Assembly: GCA_973851085.1 (NCBI GenBank)
Contig: OZ316775.1
Span: 5,580,001-5,644,000 of the forward strand
Origin: Ptychomitrium polyphyllum
Taxonomy: Eukaryota
Reading direction: 5' to 3'
Length of the DNA stretch: 64,000 nt
Shown here: in pieces, positions 1 through 14,400 of the stretch
Numbering within the stretch: position 1 is the first letter of the stretch
Layout of the letters: the number at the start of each line of letters is the position of its first letter
Notes under the pieces: model-generated
Databases searched by the model: none
Told to the model about the DNA's origin: nothing
What the model saw: the letters and a program-made list of their open reading frames with translations, nothing else
Program-made: the position numbers and the translations under genes

Positions 1-3000
1 TTCAATCTAGCGCTGTTCCTTACCCTTCCGTCTAGGAAACTAGCACGCACAATGGCCAACTCTCGAGATCGGATAATCCTTAGTGCAGGTTATGGCTCCA
101 GTACAAGTAGGTCGAATGAAAGGGAAAACCAAAACAAGCTCCGCTACCCTGGGCAGGCAGGCCCGCCGCTATAATGACGATACTTCCCCTAGAGTACTTT
201 GACTTAGGAGGTGCACACTGCACTTGTTATGAACGAGAGTCCAGGCTCTTAATGATCGTTGCACTTTACATGATTTAATGAAGAGCAGCATACTCAGAAG
301 TTAGGGCTAACTTAGTTTAGTGTTCACTCAATATTCAGAAAGTGTGGTCATGAAGATAACTTGTGATACCATCTGAACTGGACCATAAAACATCAACAAT
401 CAATATTGATGGACTAAGTTCGTACTCTTGGACCATGACGAACTAGCATGAAACATTTTTAGACTGTCGTAAGCAGTATGAATTTGTCTAGGTGTACATG
501 AACAAGTCTGAAGTAAGCTGGTGAAGGTCACGGTCCTAGTTTGGGGAAGTCTTGAATCTTCATGTGGTCCTGACGGAAAGAAGGGTCAAGCGAAACAAGG
601 AAGTTTCTTCTTTCCCTTAGCCTTGGAGTCTTGCCTCCACACAAAATCTGACACCAGATATTGTCAAAGCTTGGTGAATATGGTTGTTGAGATTGTAGAC
701 ACCTACTTTACTTAGTGCAGCCTCAGGCTCCATTCAAGCCAACGTACTAGCGCCCCACATAAGTTACTACCTTCTTCTGATGCACGCAGCTTCTCTTCAA
801 CTTCTTCTCAGTTTCCAGGTTCGGTTCCAGAAGCAATCATCCGACCAGTCACTGGTCAGGAATTTACTCACTTGGGTTAATTAATTTCTAACTACCATAA
901 CGTTCTTTAGTCGGATCACTCTGGCCCACTCTACGCTATACCAGTCTACAGTGAGCATATAGACAAAATACTCTGCTGCACACAATGGTTAGCAAAGTTT
1001 AGCTCTTGGAAAATTGAACCGCTGTTCTAGTACTGTTGATCATGGTGCAATGTCAACTAAACAGAAGTTAAATTTTCAGCAGGGCTACAGCAGGCTACAG
1101 ACGTAAGTTTTCTTACTAGCTTTTCTCTTTCGTATATCCCCTTTGTTTTTTCTTCTTTGACGAGGACCAATCTACCTACTGCAGAAGTATTGGCCTACAA
1201 GGATAGCTGTGCAGGCGACCGTAGTTGTGACCGCCGCACTTGACCATGTCTACACTGGACCGACGAATTGTGGCAGAGCCCATACAGTAGAAGCACCAAT
1301 TCTACAATTAAGACTTTCTCCTCCACCAGGACTTTGACATCCTTGGCACCCACAGCCCTAAACTCATCACAGGGTGGCCATGCCCGCATCGGCTTTGGAC
1401 AGTATAAGTCTAGTTTTACTGTTTGACTTGAATCTGCACTCATGGTTGGATCCTTTTCCACTTCCACCGAATTTGTTCGGACCCTGGGGCGTGCCTGGAC
1501 TATCTCAAGCTGGCTCCAGAAAATTGATTTCATCATTGAGTCAATTCGTCCATATGTCGTACATAGTACAAAATATTCCTACAAAACAAATTCGGTCGTC
1601 GATTAGCCTAGTGCAACTCAAACAAATTATACATTATATTCTCTGTCAGCCAGCTACTCGCCAGCTACTGGAGTACTTTTAGCGAGCCCCCTAAGCCACA
1701 GTGATTTGTGAGATGTGCACAACTAAGGTATTCAGTGTTACACTGTTTGATGGTATTAGCACAACTAGCACATGCTTTCAGAGATTATTACTGGAATGTT
1801 CACACTTTGCCACAGCAGATTAGTCTCTTCAGTCGGAGAAACCGCCAGCTTCGCCGCGGAGGTGCATCATGAAACGGGATTAGTGGAATTCAGTGTCAAG
1901 TACTAATGCAGATTGATCAAGCTCCTAATCAGTTGCAAATATTCCTCATCTGGAATGTCCTATTAACTATTGGAGCAGAACTGTACCGTCTACTTCAGAG
2001 ATGCAGCAGCTAAGGAGCATATAGCCTTTCCTACAAGCATCTTGAACGACTATCCAACAATCACTAAACCTTGCCGATTAGCACTAATTCCACATCAGGA
2101 CAAAGTCTAATGCACACCCAGCCTCTTCATTTCGACGATTGTGCAAAGTCCGTACTATTTATCCGAACAATTCCAGGCTTCAAGCTTGAAGTTCTAGTCT
2201 CATCAGATTCCTGAGCATTACCGCCTCCTACAAATACCCGATGAAACTGTCACAAATCCCTCAGGGGGTTGACTTTTGGATCCCATGGTTTATATTAGCC
2301 CTGCATGATTCCAAGTTTATATCACAAATTCTGTGCTATAATAGAGCACCCATGTAAAAACGTAGAAACCGATTGTTTTGGCAGCGACGGTGCTATTTTT
2401 TGCAAAAGAAAAGACAGGTTCGGAGCATATAGTGCATAGTCAGCCAGGCTCCAGAGAGCGGCTAGTACAACCATTGGACTGTAAATGGGCCCGACTGTGG
2501 TAATTGTGCACAGGACACCCGATGCAGCTGCAAGTGGCGGTGATATCGGTCCTGGAACGGGATAAGTGAGTTCTACTCTATTTACTGCGGGAAAAGGGTG
2601 AAGAGATTCAATTTGGCTACAGGCAAGAGATGCATGGCCACGGCGTACCGTTTCGTCTATTTGGGGCAAACTTAGGAAAGCAGGGCAGAGCGACAAAGGG
2701 TCACAACTTACAATTTACCACAGGACTTGGTCGTCTCGAACCAAGTTACTCTGACGAGCTAAAGTAATCTTTTGGTCATTATTTAACACACAAACTGCAC
2801 CAGGTGCACGTGCTCGCCACTTCGTTCTTGTTCGCTCCAGGTCTATGGATGGTAACCGTTGTTTATATATTTGTAAGAAATGCAAAGTCACCTCCTTGGA
2901 AGCACGGCGTTCTTGAGTTACCCTTCTGGACGGCCTCTCATGAAGGTATAATTTTCAAGTTGCTTGATATGATTTGAACTATCAAAACAATGTCCTATTC

Positions 3001-5714
3001 AAGCGGAATTATGGATGATCAAGTCATCATCGTCACTCATGCCTTCCATGCAATAACTGCCAACATACACTCCCTCCTAGTTTGTTAATAACTTTACATA
3101 TTCATTTGAGGTAGAGGTAATTTGATTGAATTTGTAAAGAATGCTATGAAAACATAACTTTGAAGGAGCAAGAAGGGTTATGATACAATAGAGTTGTTTA
3201 AAAACAATTTTTTTTTAACTATTTGCTTAACCAAAATATCACCGGTGATCTTACCTTCTTTTTCATGTCATTTATGTTTATAACTAGCATGAAGCTCTAC
3301 CATAGAGTTTCAACCACTTAATTGATACACATATTACTATACATGCATTTTGGATTATTCATTCACTTTCTAAAATGAACATGAAGTACAAATAACTCTA
3401 ATAAGCTGCAACTTGTTCCAAGTTCAAATTCTTGTTATTGGAAAGAAATCCTTAAATTTTTATTACAGTATCTTAAAAAAATTGTGAAAATGTTTTGTCA
3501 TTGATTTTAATTTCTGGTGTTTCAGTCTCATGTATTTCATAGTCAAAAAATCAAATTTGTTCTGGTAAATGAAGTTATACACACTTTGTTTCTATTTACA
3601 AGTGGAAGGCATGTTTCAATGCAAGAAATTATTTCCAACTTTCACTAATAACTTTTCTCAAATATAGAGCTGAAAGTATGTCTGAAAGTATGCACTTGTT
3701 TAAAATCATAATATTTAAATAGCTCAAAACTTAAGGCAACATGTAGAATATTGGAGGAGGTTCTTCAGTAAGATGTTGTATTAATGATCCTACCATTAGA
3801 TCTTAAATACAAGATCATGAATTTAAACTTAATAATACTCATCAGCATTTTTTATATCGAAATTCAGTAAATTTTAAACTGTGTGAACACTCATTTACCC
3901 TGGATTTTTTAATCATTTTTCATTTTGAAAATTGGTGAAGGCAAATGCAAGTTGTCCGTATCCACCTCTAAAATAAGCCCCACATATGTCCTTTTTTATG
4001 TGTTGGATCTGAAAGTTGTCTGTAAATCTTCTGTGCTGGTGCTCCTTTGTAACTAAGTCTTCTGTACCCTTCAGGAATTTGAGGTCTTACCACTTCTGTC
4101 CGGAGAGCCTGTGCTTGGGGGCTACAGCACATGTCTTTGACAAGAATACAGCAATCTGGGGGCAACCCGGTGCCTTACCATATGAGAGTGAACCTGATTT
4201 GCAAAAGGAATTTTTGAAGTCCACATCAACAAAGAGTACATTCAACTATGGCTCCCTGTTTAGGGAATCAAGTCAAAGAAGATGGTTTCCTTGAACATGG
4301 GGAGGCCATTTTTTCAACCTGTGAATTTATGTACAGTTGAACATGCTCAGAACTCAGCCACAAATGTAGATGATCATGACGAATGTGTCAACTACGCTGC
4401 AGGCGCCCACCATAAGTTTCTATTTTGGCACAAAAGAATTCCATTCAAGTGCTTGTGACTGGGTTACATACAAATTCCTAATGTCAATTTGAGTTGCTTA
4501 TGTCATATAACTTGCTACTGGTCAATTTGAGTTGCTCAAATAATTTATCATTTTGTGGGTTGGAGTAAGTAAAGATGCTTTTTAAGTTTTATATGAAGAA
4601 ATTCTAGAATATATTCCTTAAGAAAAATAATTCCTTTGTTCATAAAATTGAACTTACCATTAAAAAAATTTGAGTCATTTGAAATGGGGTATGATATCAA
4701 AATGAATGTGTATTATAGCCCATAGTAGTTTGATGTTATTTTAATATTAAAATGACATACATTTAAACATTGACAAAATGACATATATTTAAACATTGAT
4801 ATCAATGTGTTTTGGATTAAAATGCAGTTAGAATGACATTAAAATGACATAGGTGAACCTTTTAGGTGAATTTGATATGATTGAAAAGTTATTTTTATAC
4901 CATTGCAATTTATGTCATTTTCATATCATTTTGACATTGTCTTGGCTGAAGACATGTTAAGATCATTTTGACATCATTTTAACCAACGTCGATTTGATGT
5001 CAAGATGATTCCACAATGACATAAAAATGATAAGTTGTTTATTGATTTAACTAGTGTAAAGTAAACAATTATTGTTTTCAAATTTATTATATGAGTTATG
5101 TCATAGCATTTTTGAGAAAGGAGCTCCAGGAAATCAGGATCCCAGTAGAATATAGATCCTCCTAGGATTCCTTGAAGATCCAGATTTAACCTCTCCTTTG
5201 CAGTACTGATATGAGCATCCATAGAGTTGGAGTCCTTTGGTGAAAAAGAACTCCACCTCCTTGAAGGCCAACATGACTTCATTCTTGAGAGTGAAAGTAT
5301 CCAATTTTTGAATTATGACCATATCATCAGTAACATTTTCACATATTTAAATTTTCTCAACTCTTGTACTGTTCTGAGATCATTTGTATGAAAAGAGGTT
5401 TGAAACCAAATTAGTCCTAGCTTTTAGAAAACACATTACATGTTTTATATTAACTTCAGTGAAGTTTTCTGGTTGTAAAAGTGGACTAAGACATGAAGTT
5501 CTAAACAATGAACAATAAATTATAAAAACCGAGCATCTTAGGGACTTTTGATTTTATTACAAAAAAATAAAACTAAAAATAAAAGTGACAAATGAAAAAC
5601 ATTGAATTTCAGAAAAAGGCGAGTGTCATATTTTTTTGTTATGAAATCAAAAATTAATTTGAATTATGAAAATGTTTCACTATAAAATGGTGCAAGGCAA
5701 TGCGGTGTGGCACA

Positions 5715-8700
5715 TGCAATTTTGTTGAATTTTTTTTATTGAACTTGTTGTACATGTTCTTCATTGTAAATTTATGTATGGAAGTCTTTCTCCTTTTTTA
5801 TGAGAATTTTTTACAATTTAAAACTTTTATGTAAATTTTTGTTTTCAATATATAATTTTCATTTAATATTTCGAATTTGACTTATTTGACCCCCTTCACT
5901 TCAATACTCTACAACTTCTCTTCTAATAAGCATTAAAACTTTAAACTTTTTATTTTGACATTAAAAAGCACGAGTTTCAATTTTATATCCAATACATTCT
6001 TCAAGTACACATAATACATCAAACCATATACTTCAAATTTATCAAGTTAATATTCAAAGTGGATGTCACAAATATATGTATTTGAGACATTTCAACACCT
6101 TTCAAGTATATTCCAACACACTAAATCCTTTAAAGACATCTTTACACTTCTAAATTCCTTTTAAATGCTTCACCAATACAAATTCTACATTATAACTTCC
6201 AACTCCAATACCAACTCAAATATATCAACACTCTACTTCCTTCTCTTTAAATCTTCAATCTTTTTTTACCTTCCAATTAATAAGAATGTCTCACCATTTG
6301 ATTTGATGAAAAACCTCCACCATTTGATTACTTAGAAAGCCATTAGCAAGTAGTTCAATGAGAAGTTACCACCATTTAATTGCTTAAAAAACCAACACCA
6401 TGCAAACCAAATGGTTGTTATTTGATTATTCACCTATTTCACTTAATTCTTTCACTCAAATCTTCTCCAATAAAAAAATTAGAATAAAAACTAAAAATAA
6501 CATCATATCAGCATCAATCTAATTATATATTTAAAAGCACAAAATAAAACACACAAGTGTTTATTACTTAAATCCCAAATGGCCTATATTATACTTTTGA
6601 CATTAATAAAGACTTACAAGCATATCATGGAAGGCCATAAGATGCATTTGAAGTTATAACTACCTTTCTAAAAATAATATAAATATGAGGATGTTATTTA
6701 GAAGCTTAATCTTTTCACTTCTTTTTTATTAATTTTTAATTTATATTAATATTATAATTGAATTCCTTCATATTATTATAATTGATTGTTTATGATAGTT
6801 CATGTTATGGTTGGTAACTACTAAATTGAGAAATATTGGTAGTTCCTAACTAATAATAATTAGCAGTAAAAAGATACTAGGAAAATCTATAATTAATAAC
6901 TACCAAATAGAAGAGTAATGGTAGCCCAAAAAATTAAGAGATAGAAATATAAGAAAAGTTATAATAGCAAATAAACATACATAAGAGTTACAATTAAGTT
7001 ATAATTGAATTATACTCTATTAGTATAAAAAATACAACTTGATTAAGAGAAATAAAATATAATACACTCTCAACTTTCTTGATTGAGGCTTTAAATACTA
7101 TATTTTAATCCTATGATTAAGAATCTACATCCATTGTTTAAATTAACAGATTAATACTATCATCCGGTAGTTTTTCTAAGAGGATGTCTAATAGTACAAA
7201 TAAAGAGAGATTAATAGAAGTCCACTAGTACCAAGTATAAGATGTGATAGGCCAATAATAATTCAACAAGATTAAAATAATTGTTTAAGGAAAAAAAATT
7301 TAATTTTAATTTTTAAAAAAAACTCTAAATTCAAAATAAATAAATAAATAAATAATATATATATATATAATAAAATTAAATATAAAGATTTAACAAGTTG
7401 GTGAAATCATTACAAGGTTGCAATGATTTCATGCATCTCTAATATTGTAAAGACCTTTTATATTCTAAAAACCTTTAACACCCTAAGGCTCTACTTTTGA
7501 GGTTGTAGAATGGATCTACCTAGTCATTGTGTTGCTCAATACATGCATAAATAAGAAGTACATAAATGTGAAATTTTAATAGAATCTTATAATTAAACTA
7601 AATTTAAAGAATACATTAAGGTATTTTAATAATGTTTTATCCAAATCCATATTTTTTAATTCCAATTAAAAAAAAATTTAGTTAAAAAAATTATGTAAAC
7701 ACATTTATAGTTTTCATATGAGATAATAAATTATAAAAGAACAAAAGCATACTGACAATAAAAACTTTATTTAATACTTGAAATTACAAAATGATGCACT
7801 TATTTTGTTTATAAAATAACACATGGTTTATTGTTAACGTGTGTGGATTATAATGGACTCAACAAGTGAAAACAATTGCAAATTAGTAATTTTTATCAAT
7901 AATATCAATAAATTTTGAATCAAATTGGATGTGCATAGAACTTATATAAATATGAATTTTAGTAGTCTTTATAATCTAGTTTGTATCAAATGATGGATAA
8001 AAAGAAGCCTTCAAATATAATATGGCCATGTGGAATTCAATGTTATGCCATTGATTTTATCAAATCCTTGCTATTTTTTAATATATGAACATTTTCAAGA
8101 ATACTAGCATATTATTAATATGGTGTTACTTTAATATATGTATTAATTGTGCTAGTAGAAAATTGAGTAGAATAGATAGAAGTAAATGAAAAATGAATTG
8201 GAAATAAATGAATGATAAAAAGAAGATTTAAGTGACCAAATGATGATGACTTTTAATTTGACAGGTTATAAAGAACAAGTGAAAACTCAAATGGTAGATG
8301 TTGAATAGTTAAACATTTGGTTTGGGCTTGGTGGAGGATTTTGAAGCATTTTATTGTTGGTTATTAAAAGTTATTTGATACAATGTGTAGTTTGAAATGT
8401 AAGAGGCCATTTTAAGGTTTAAAAATATTGAGGTGGTTCTAAAAAGTAAAAATTTTCACTTTATGTTTTTTAGTTTGATTATAAGTATCAAGTTTTTGAG
8501 CCATTGTAAATGATAAAATAAAAAGTTTAATACAATATTTTGGATGAGGTACTTTAGAAGTGTGAAATATATAATGATTTAGTTCTTTATAGAGGAAAAT
8601 CAACGGAATGGTAAAGTGAAAGGAATTTAAATATTATAGCAAATAAGCAAGTGAACCTCTAAGACTTAGTACATGATTGACGGAGATATGTGAGTAAGAT

Positions 8701-9195
8701 AAAATGTTACTTCAATAAAAAAATATATATTGGAAATGTTTCTAAGTGGCACAAAAAGATATCTAAACAAAAAAACATGTTTTTCTAAATACACACCATA
8801 TTTTTTGTAACAACACTGTCACTAATTTTTTTTTATTAATAAGATTTTTATACATTAGAATTGAATATTTCCTTCTTGTTTGTAAAAAATACTTTAATTT
8901 GTTATTCTATATATTTATGGTTATTTTTTATCCACTTTATATTAAGACCTTCATTTGTTGTTATTGTGTAATGCTTTTTTGTACGTGCACATCAATCCAT
9001 TTACATTCATTGATGCTAAATTTAATAAAAATTTGCAATAAATAACAATTTCAGGTTATTTTTTTTATTGATTTTTTTGTACATGTTCTTCATTATAAAT
9101 TGATGCTTGTAAATCTTTCGCCTTCTATTTTATTAGATTTTATTTATATATTATAAATTTTATGTAATTTTTTTTTTTCAACTCATAATTTTCAG
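5715..9195. repeat. Decayed AT-rich repeats: ~150 bp direct repeat (5715-5861 / 9045-9195) around weak inverted homology (~5880-6470 vs ~8200-8625)
   Basis: Shared core TGTACATGTTCTTCATT(G/A)TAAATT at ~5749 and ~9078. The reverse complement of 6370-6420 resembles 8308-8370 (CATTTGGTTTG...TGGTG...AAGCA). The left arm is C/T-rich and the right arm G/A-rich. Confidence 0.4.
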
Positions 9196-11420
9196 TATGA
9201 ATATGGAAATATGGCCCTCAAGGCTTCAAGTTGTAATGTACAAAAATCCACAACTCTTATACTTAAATGGATTTTATTTCGTTTCTATATATGCTTTGAG
9301 TCTGCAATGTCCTTGGTCCATAAGTGTGGAATCCTTTACATGTAAACATTCTTTAGAAGCATCTTGTATAATGACTTTAAGTAATAATAAATTTCTATAA
9401 ATATTTTTCTATTTATTGCAACAAATAATTAAAAATTTATTGGAGTAATTTTTTGAATAAATGAAAAACGTGTATGAAGTATCTTTCAATATTAATGATG
9501 TAATAATAATCCCTATATACTATTCAAAGTAGTCAAAGGCCCACTTGGCAATGTAGGGCTAAGAATGCTACATCATGGTAGAATTAGCCCTTTAAGGATA
9601 ATGTGAAGACTCCATCTCCCACATTCAAAGAAAAGCAATAAATTCTTTTTGTTGACTAGTGATTTATTTTTTTGAAAAAAAGTTTTTGTTTGAGGATGAG
9701 GATTTCAAGAATGAGTAAGTGTAGTTAGCCTGCCAATGAGTGAGGGAGGCCCTAGCAACTACGGCACAGCTGAAGGTCAATATATACTAGAGGCTATTCT
9801 AGCCTTTGAAGTACATACCCTTGTGCTCCATCTCCCTCAAAATCCATCAGATTGCAGTATTTCAGCAGATGTATACATTTTTCATTTTCACTTTCTGGTT
9901 GGGATTTACAAACTCTCCTGCATGTGCTGGAACATGCATACAAATTTGGATGCACTCTTATATCAAGTGGCATTTGATTTTTTCTCCTGGCTTGAGTGAC
10001 AAGGTGCACTGCACATGGTGCACTACACAGGCATGGGCAGGCTGACCAACACCATCAGCTTATTATCTATACTATATCTTAATTGGCGCACCATCTACAA
10101 TTTGCAGCTGAAATCAAATTTTAACATATACTTGCAGGCTGGAGTCTCCAGGAGGTACAACAATATAAAATAGACCCTTCTCTAGTAGATGTATCATTTA
10201 AAGTCATCATGAGTCCATGATCCTAATACATAAGAATATCCATATACTCTTACATTTTGCAGACCTTGTCTGTCCAAAGTATACTCATGTAGAGTGTTTC
10301 TTCCATATTGGCTGCATGTGTCTACCAGTACAACATCATTTTCCTCCTTTGTGAATGTTCATTTAGTAATGGAAGTTATTCCTTTGGCCATTTGGATTCA
10401 TGCACGTATAGGCCAATTTCTTAGAAAGCCTGTTTCAAAGTGTATTGGATCAAGTGAAATATTTCAAAGTACATTCCAAAATATGTGTTTTGAATATTCC
10501 ATGAAAATTGTTCTCTAAGAACTCAAATGGTGTAAAGAATACCTGTGACAACTACCTAAATGTTAATCAATTTTTGAGAAAAATAAATGACAAAGCAATT
10601 ATTTCCAAATGAAAGGATAAATTTTATGATTGTAGCTTGATAAATTTAATGGATGATATCCAAAGTGTCCTCACTTTGCAAAAGTTCTTATGATGAGGTT
10701 TATTTTATCCAATGCTTTGCAACTAGAATTACGTATTAAAAAATAAAGCTATTAATTTGTTAATTAAATAAAAAGACAATAAATCAATTTATTGATTTGA
10801 ATTAAAAGTTTCACACAATCCTTTAATTAATTTAATAACCTAAATTTATTTAATTTACTATTGAGTTGGTATAAGAGCTACAGGCTTTAATTCATAAGCT
10901 AGACTTAACTCAACAAACAACAACTAAAATGCTCAAAAAGCTCAGATTCTTACTTTTAAATGTTTTTGATGTTGAACATGCTTTTTGCGTGAACAAAGAG
11001 AAATTTTGGTTGTTCTACATGTGGGACAAATCAAAAACTCTTCACAAACACAACACTAAAGGCACAGATGTCATATAACTGAGAAGCAACACTTTGATTC
11101 CACAACCACTTGCTCCTATCCCAAACCACTCATATTGCACAGGGACTGGAGGAGACAACAGTAGAAGGGGCTGGAGTGGTAGAACTTTTGGGAGGGAAAA
11201 TGCAGTGACTGGGGGTGGATGGATGGATGGCACAAGGCTTGTCGGGTGCCTCATTTATCGCCGGGAATTGAGCCGCATCATGGTTCCTTTGCGGCGTGGT
11301 TGGTCTGGCCCAGCCTCCAATCCTCCATGCTCATCATCTCAAACCCCTCCAAATAAATAATAGCAAAATAATTCCTCAGACGCTTGAATGATGAATGCCA
11401 CTGCCTCGTCGCCCCTTGCT

Positions 11421-11456
11421 CACCCTGCCCACCCTGCCCACCCTGCCCACCCTGCC
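11421..11456. repeat. (ACCCTGCCC)~4 minisatellite; G-quadruplex-competent on the minus strand
   Basis: caccctgccc accctgccca ccctgcccac cctgcc gives seven GGG runs with 1-2 nt loops on the minus strand. Confidence 0.85.
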
Positions 11457-14400
11457 ATGCCAGGCTCCAGTTGCAGTTTGCACTCTAGACCCCTCTCTGC
11501 ACTAGGTCGGTAGCTCTGCAAGTTTCAAAGTTCTCATTTTTACTAATGCAGATCATACTACAAGTAAATCGAGGAATTTTTAGAAAAGCGAGTATGCGGG
11601 TCATGACTCCCAGTCTTCGTATCGAATTAATACAGAAGCTCTGCTACTTTTAACAATCAAACTAACGTGTTTGTTTAGTGTATGGATTCTCTGCCAAGCA
11701 GACTCCCTGCCCTCTTGGGACTTGGGAGTGACGTGGCAACGCTCCCCCCCCCAGTGAGCTTTTACACTACCACCGGAAAAGAGGGGGCTAGGTTGGTACA
11801 TGGAGTGGCATTTGTGGCGTAGGTACAGCATTATCTGTACACAGATTTAATGCGGCACACATGCAGAGACCAATTGTGGGTCCCCGGCTGAGCTGCTGCC
11901 TTGCGGTTCAACATTTTTGGGAATGGGTGCAGCCCCTGTGCCCACTGCCTTAGCAATTGCCAGAAATCATTGAACAACATGAAAGACAGCATAGCAGCAG
12001 CAGGCTTGGATGGGGAGTCTTGGAGAGGAGCATCGGTATTCCAAGAGTGCAAGACACCTCAAACATTCTCCTCTTTCCTATGCCAGAATGACTTAAGGTT
12101 CTGAATTTCTGACGTATACAGAGGGAGATTCTTGTGCTCAAAGACCTTCTTTTACGTTGGCTTTCTGTTCATCTCTGCATCTTAATGTAAGTTAGTACCA
12201 CCAACTACGACAAATTTGGGCACCAGCTGTTGCTGCAGAGATGGTGTGGAAACTTGGAAACTTAAAAGTTTATGTGAATTATGTTCACTGAATTCATTGA
12301 GTTCATGTCAGATGCGAATCCATATCCAATTTGTATTTAGAGCCTGAGTCAACTATCAATCAATCTGACACTGTAATCCTCGGATTCCTTATAAAGTGGC
12401 TACTCAGGAGTCAGCATCCCGGTGATCGTCACCAGGAAGCTGGCTCCAACAACGTTATAATTGAGTCCCTAGCTAAGTTCAATTTCTCTGTAATACAGTT
12501 GTAATCAAAATCAAGTTTTGATTGTCTTTGTTGCATGTGGTGGAGATTCTTATGTCCTGCAACAATTATTCCAGAATTCTGCTACAAGCACAGCTCCCTT
12601 GTCTGCAGCATGGGTGAAAAGGTATAACTTAGGTGAACAAGTATTTGAAAATAAGAATAAAGTAGTCTCAAGCTCAGAGCCACCTTGAAATTGCTGAGTA
12701 GAATTGTCTTGAGAGTGGGTGAAATTTCTCCACAGTGTTTGTACTTGAAAATGAATTAGATGTGCTGTATCTCATTGACCTCTATGGTGGCCCCACTAGC
12801 CTTCTTTGCATTGATAACTTCATGTTCAATGTCAGAAACTCCTGGCACATGCTGCTTTCTCAAGCAGAAATGTAGTCTAACAACTTCCACATCCCACATA
12901 AAACTACTTTCACATTTACAGACCTTTGAAGGCTATGTCTTGTCCAAAGAACATGCTAACTATTTAACCTCATTAAAATGGCCTTGAATTTATGATGAAT
13001 TTTTGTATGACCTGATTTAAATCTCCCAATATAAAGCAATTGCCACACATGAAAACACAACATTTGAAACCCCATTTTGTCATATTGTAAAGGTACTGTG
13101 TTATATATCATCTAATATGTGGTAATGAACATTTTTCAAAAAATCACATTTCATTTATCTGTCACTTAAAACCACATGACATCTTGTGAGAACTCTTTGA
13201 GAATTACATCCAATTATGCAGTACCCAAGTAATACAACACTTTTAATATTTCTTAACTTGTCATAGGAGGAAAAACATCGACCAAAATGGTTTGCCAAAA
13301 CCTCAACAAAAGCAAGTACACCCAGCCCTTTTCTTAGGATGCTGTTGTCTACACATCAGAATTGAGGATATTATTAATTCTCACCAATGGGTGGGAAGAT
13401 AACACTTCTCCATCATAACCTAAAGTTGCTTGCTTCTGTTTATGTTTCTGCCTACAGAACAGAGATGGGAGTTTTCTGGAGCTGAATCTGGATACAGTTT
13501 TCTGTAACCTCTCTTCAAAATTATTGTCTGTCATAGTTTAAATGGAACCAAAACATCTATTATCAGGTATTTGATTGAGTCAAATTGTGTCTAATGAATC
13601 TCTGCTCAGATATCATGTCTCATTTAATTGGCTTGAGATTCCCAAAAAACAGTATAAATTTTGGCTTCAATGTAGGAGTTACTGAATTTTGATACAATCT
13701 GGATGAGTCCTTGGTGGGGTTGAGACACTCATCAGATGTTTGCCAATTGATCATTTTTCCATTGTTCGTGCAATGCTGGTTGCTACCAGCACTGATTCAA
13801 TTAGAGCCATGATGTTGGTAGTGTAAGGAAACTGCAAATGATCTAATGTCTGTTGGTATTGAATGTGAGTTTCTTTTTGTGTTCATGCATGATTTGACTA
13901 TTGAGCTCCTAATGGATTGCAGTTGTACAAGATAAGAAGGTGAGGGTAATGAGGGTTCTCTCTCTGCTCCCATCCCAATAAAATGTGTCCAGCTTCATTA
14001 ATGCTATCACTTTGAAGAAGTGACCTCTCTAGCATGATGGCATAAGCATGCAGTTTTGCAGGACTTATTGGCAGGGCAGAGTCCAGACCCCTCTTCCAAG
14101 GTCACCTAGTTCTCTGCACTCTTCGGACAGGGTTACATGTTATTGTGCAATCATTTTCCACAGGAAGTCCACATGTTCCATCAAATACAATTACTGCAAT
14201 TCAAGGAGCAAGGCCTGAGTTAGTTAGTCTATGGAAGCCAAGCATATTAATTGTTTTGGCTAGCAGCCTATCAAGCTAAGCCTTTTGGTACCACAGCCTG
14301 TGCTGCTGATACTATCTTGGATTCAGGTCTTTTGAAATTTCTCTAGTTGTAGTTATGGAAATGATCCACACAGGCAGTGATGGAGATGGGTCTTTTCACT

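Noticed and set aside
1..5400. Short ORFs in the first 5 kb, and ORFs antisense to formamidase, the RLK and the LTRs
   Set aside because: No recognisable domains or consistent exon chain; the antisense ORFs are shadows of real coding or repeat sequence.
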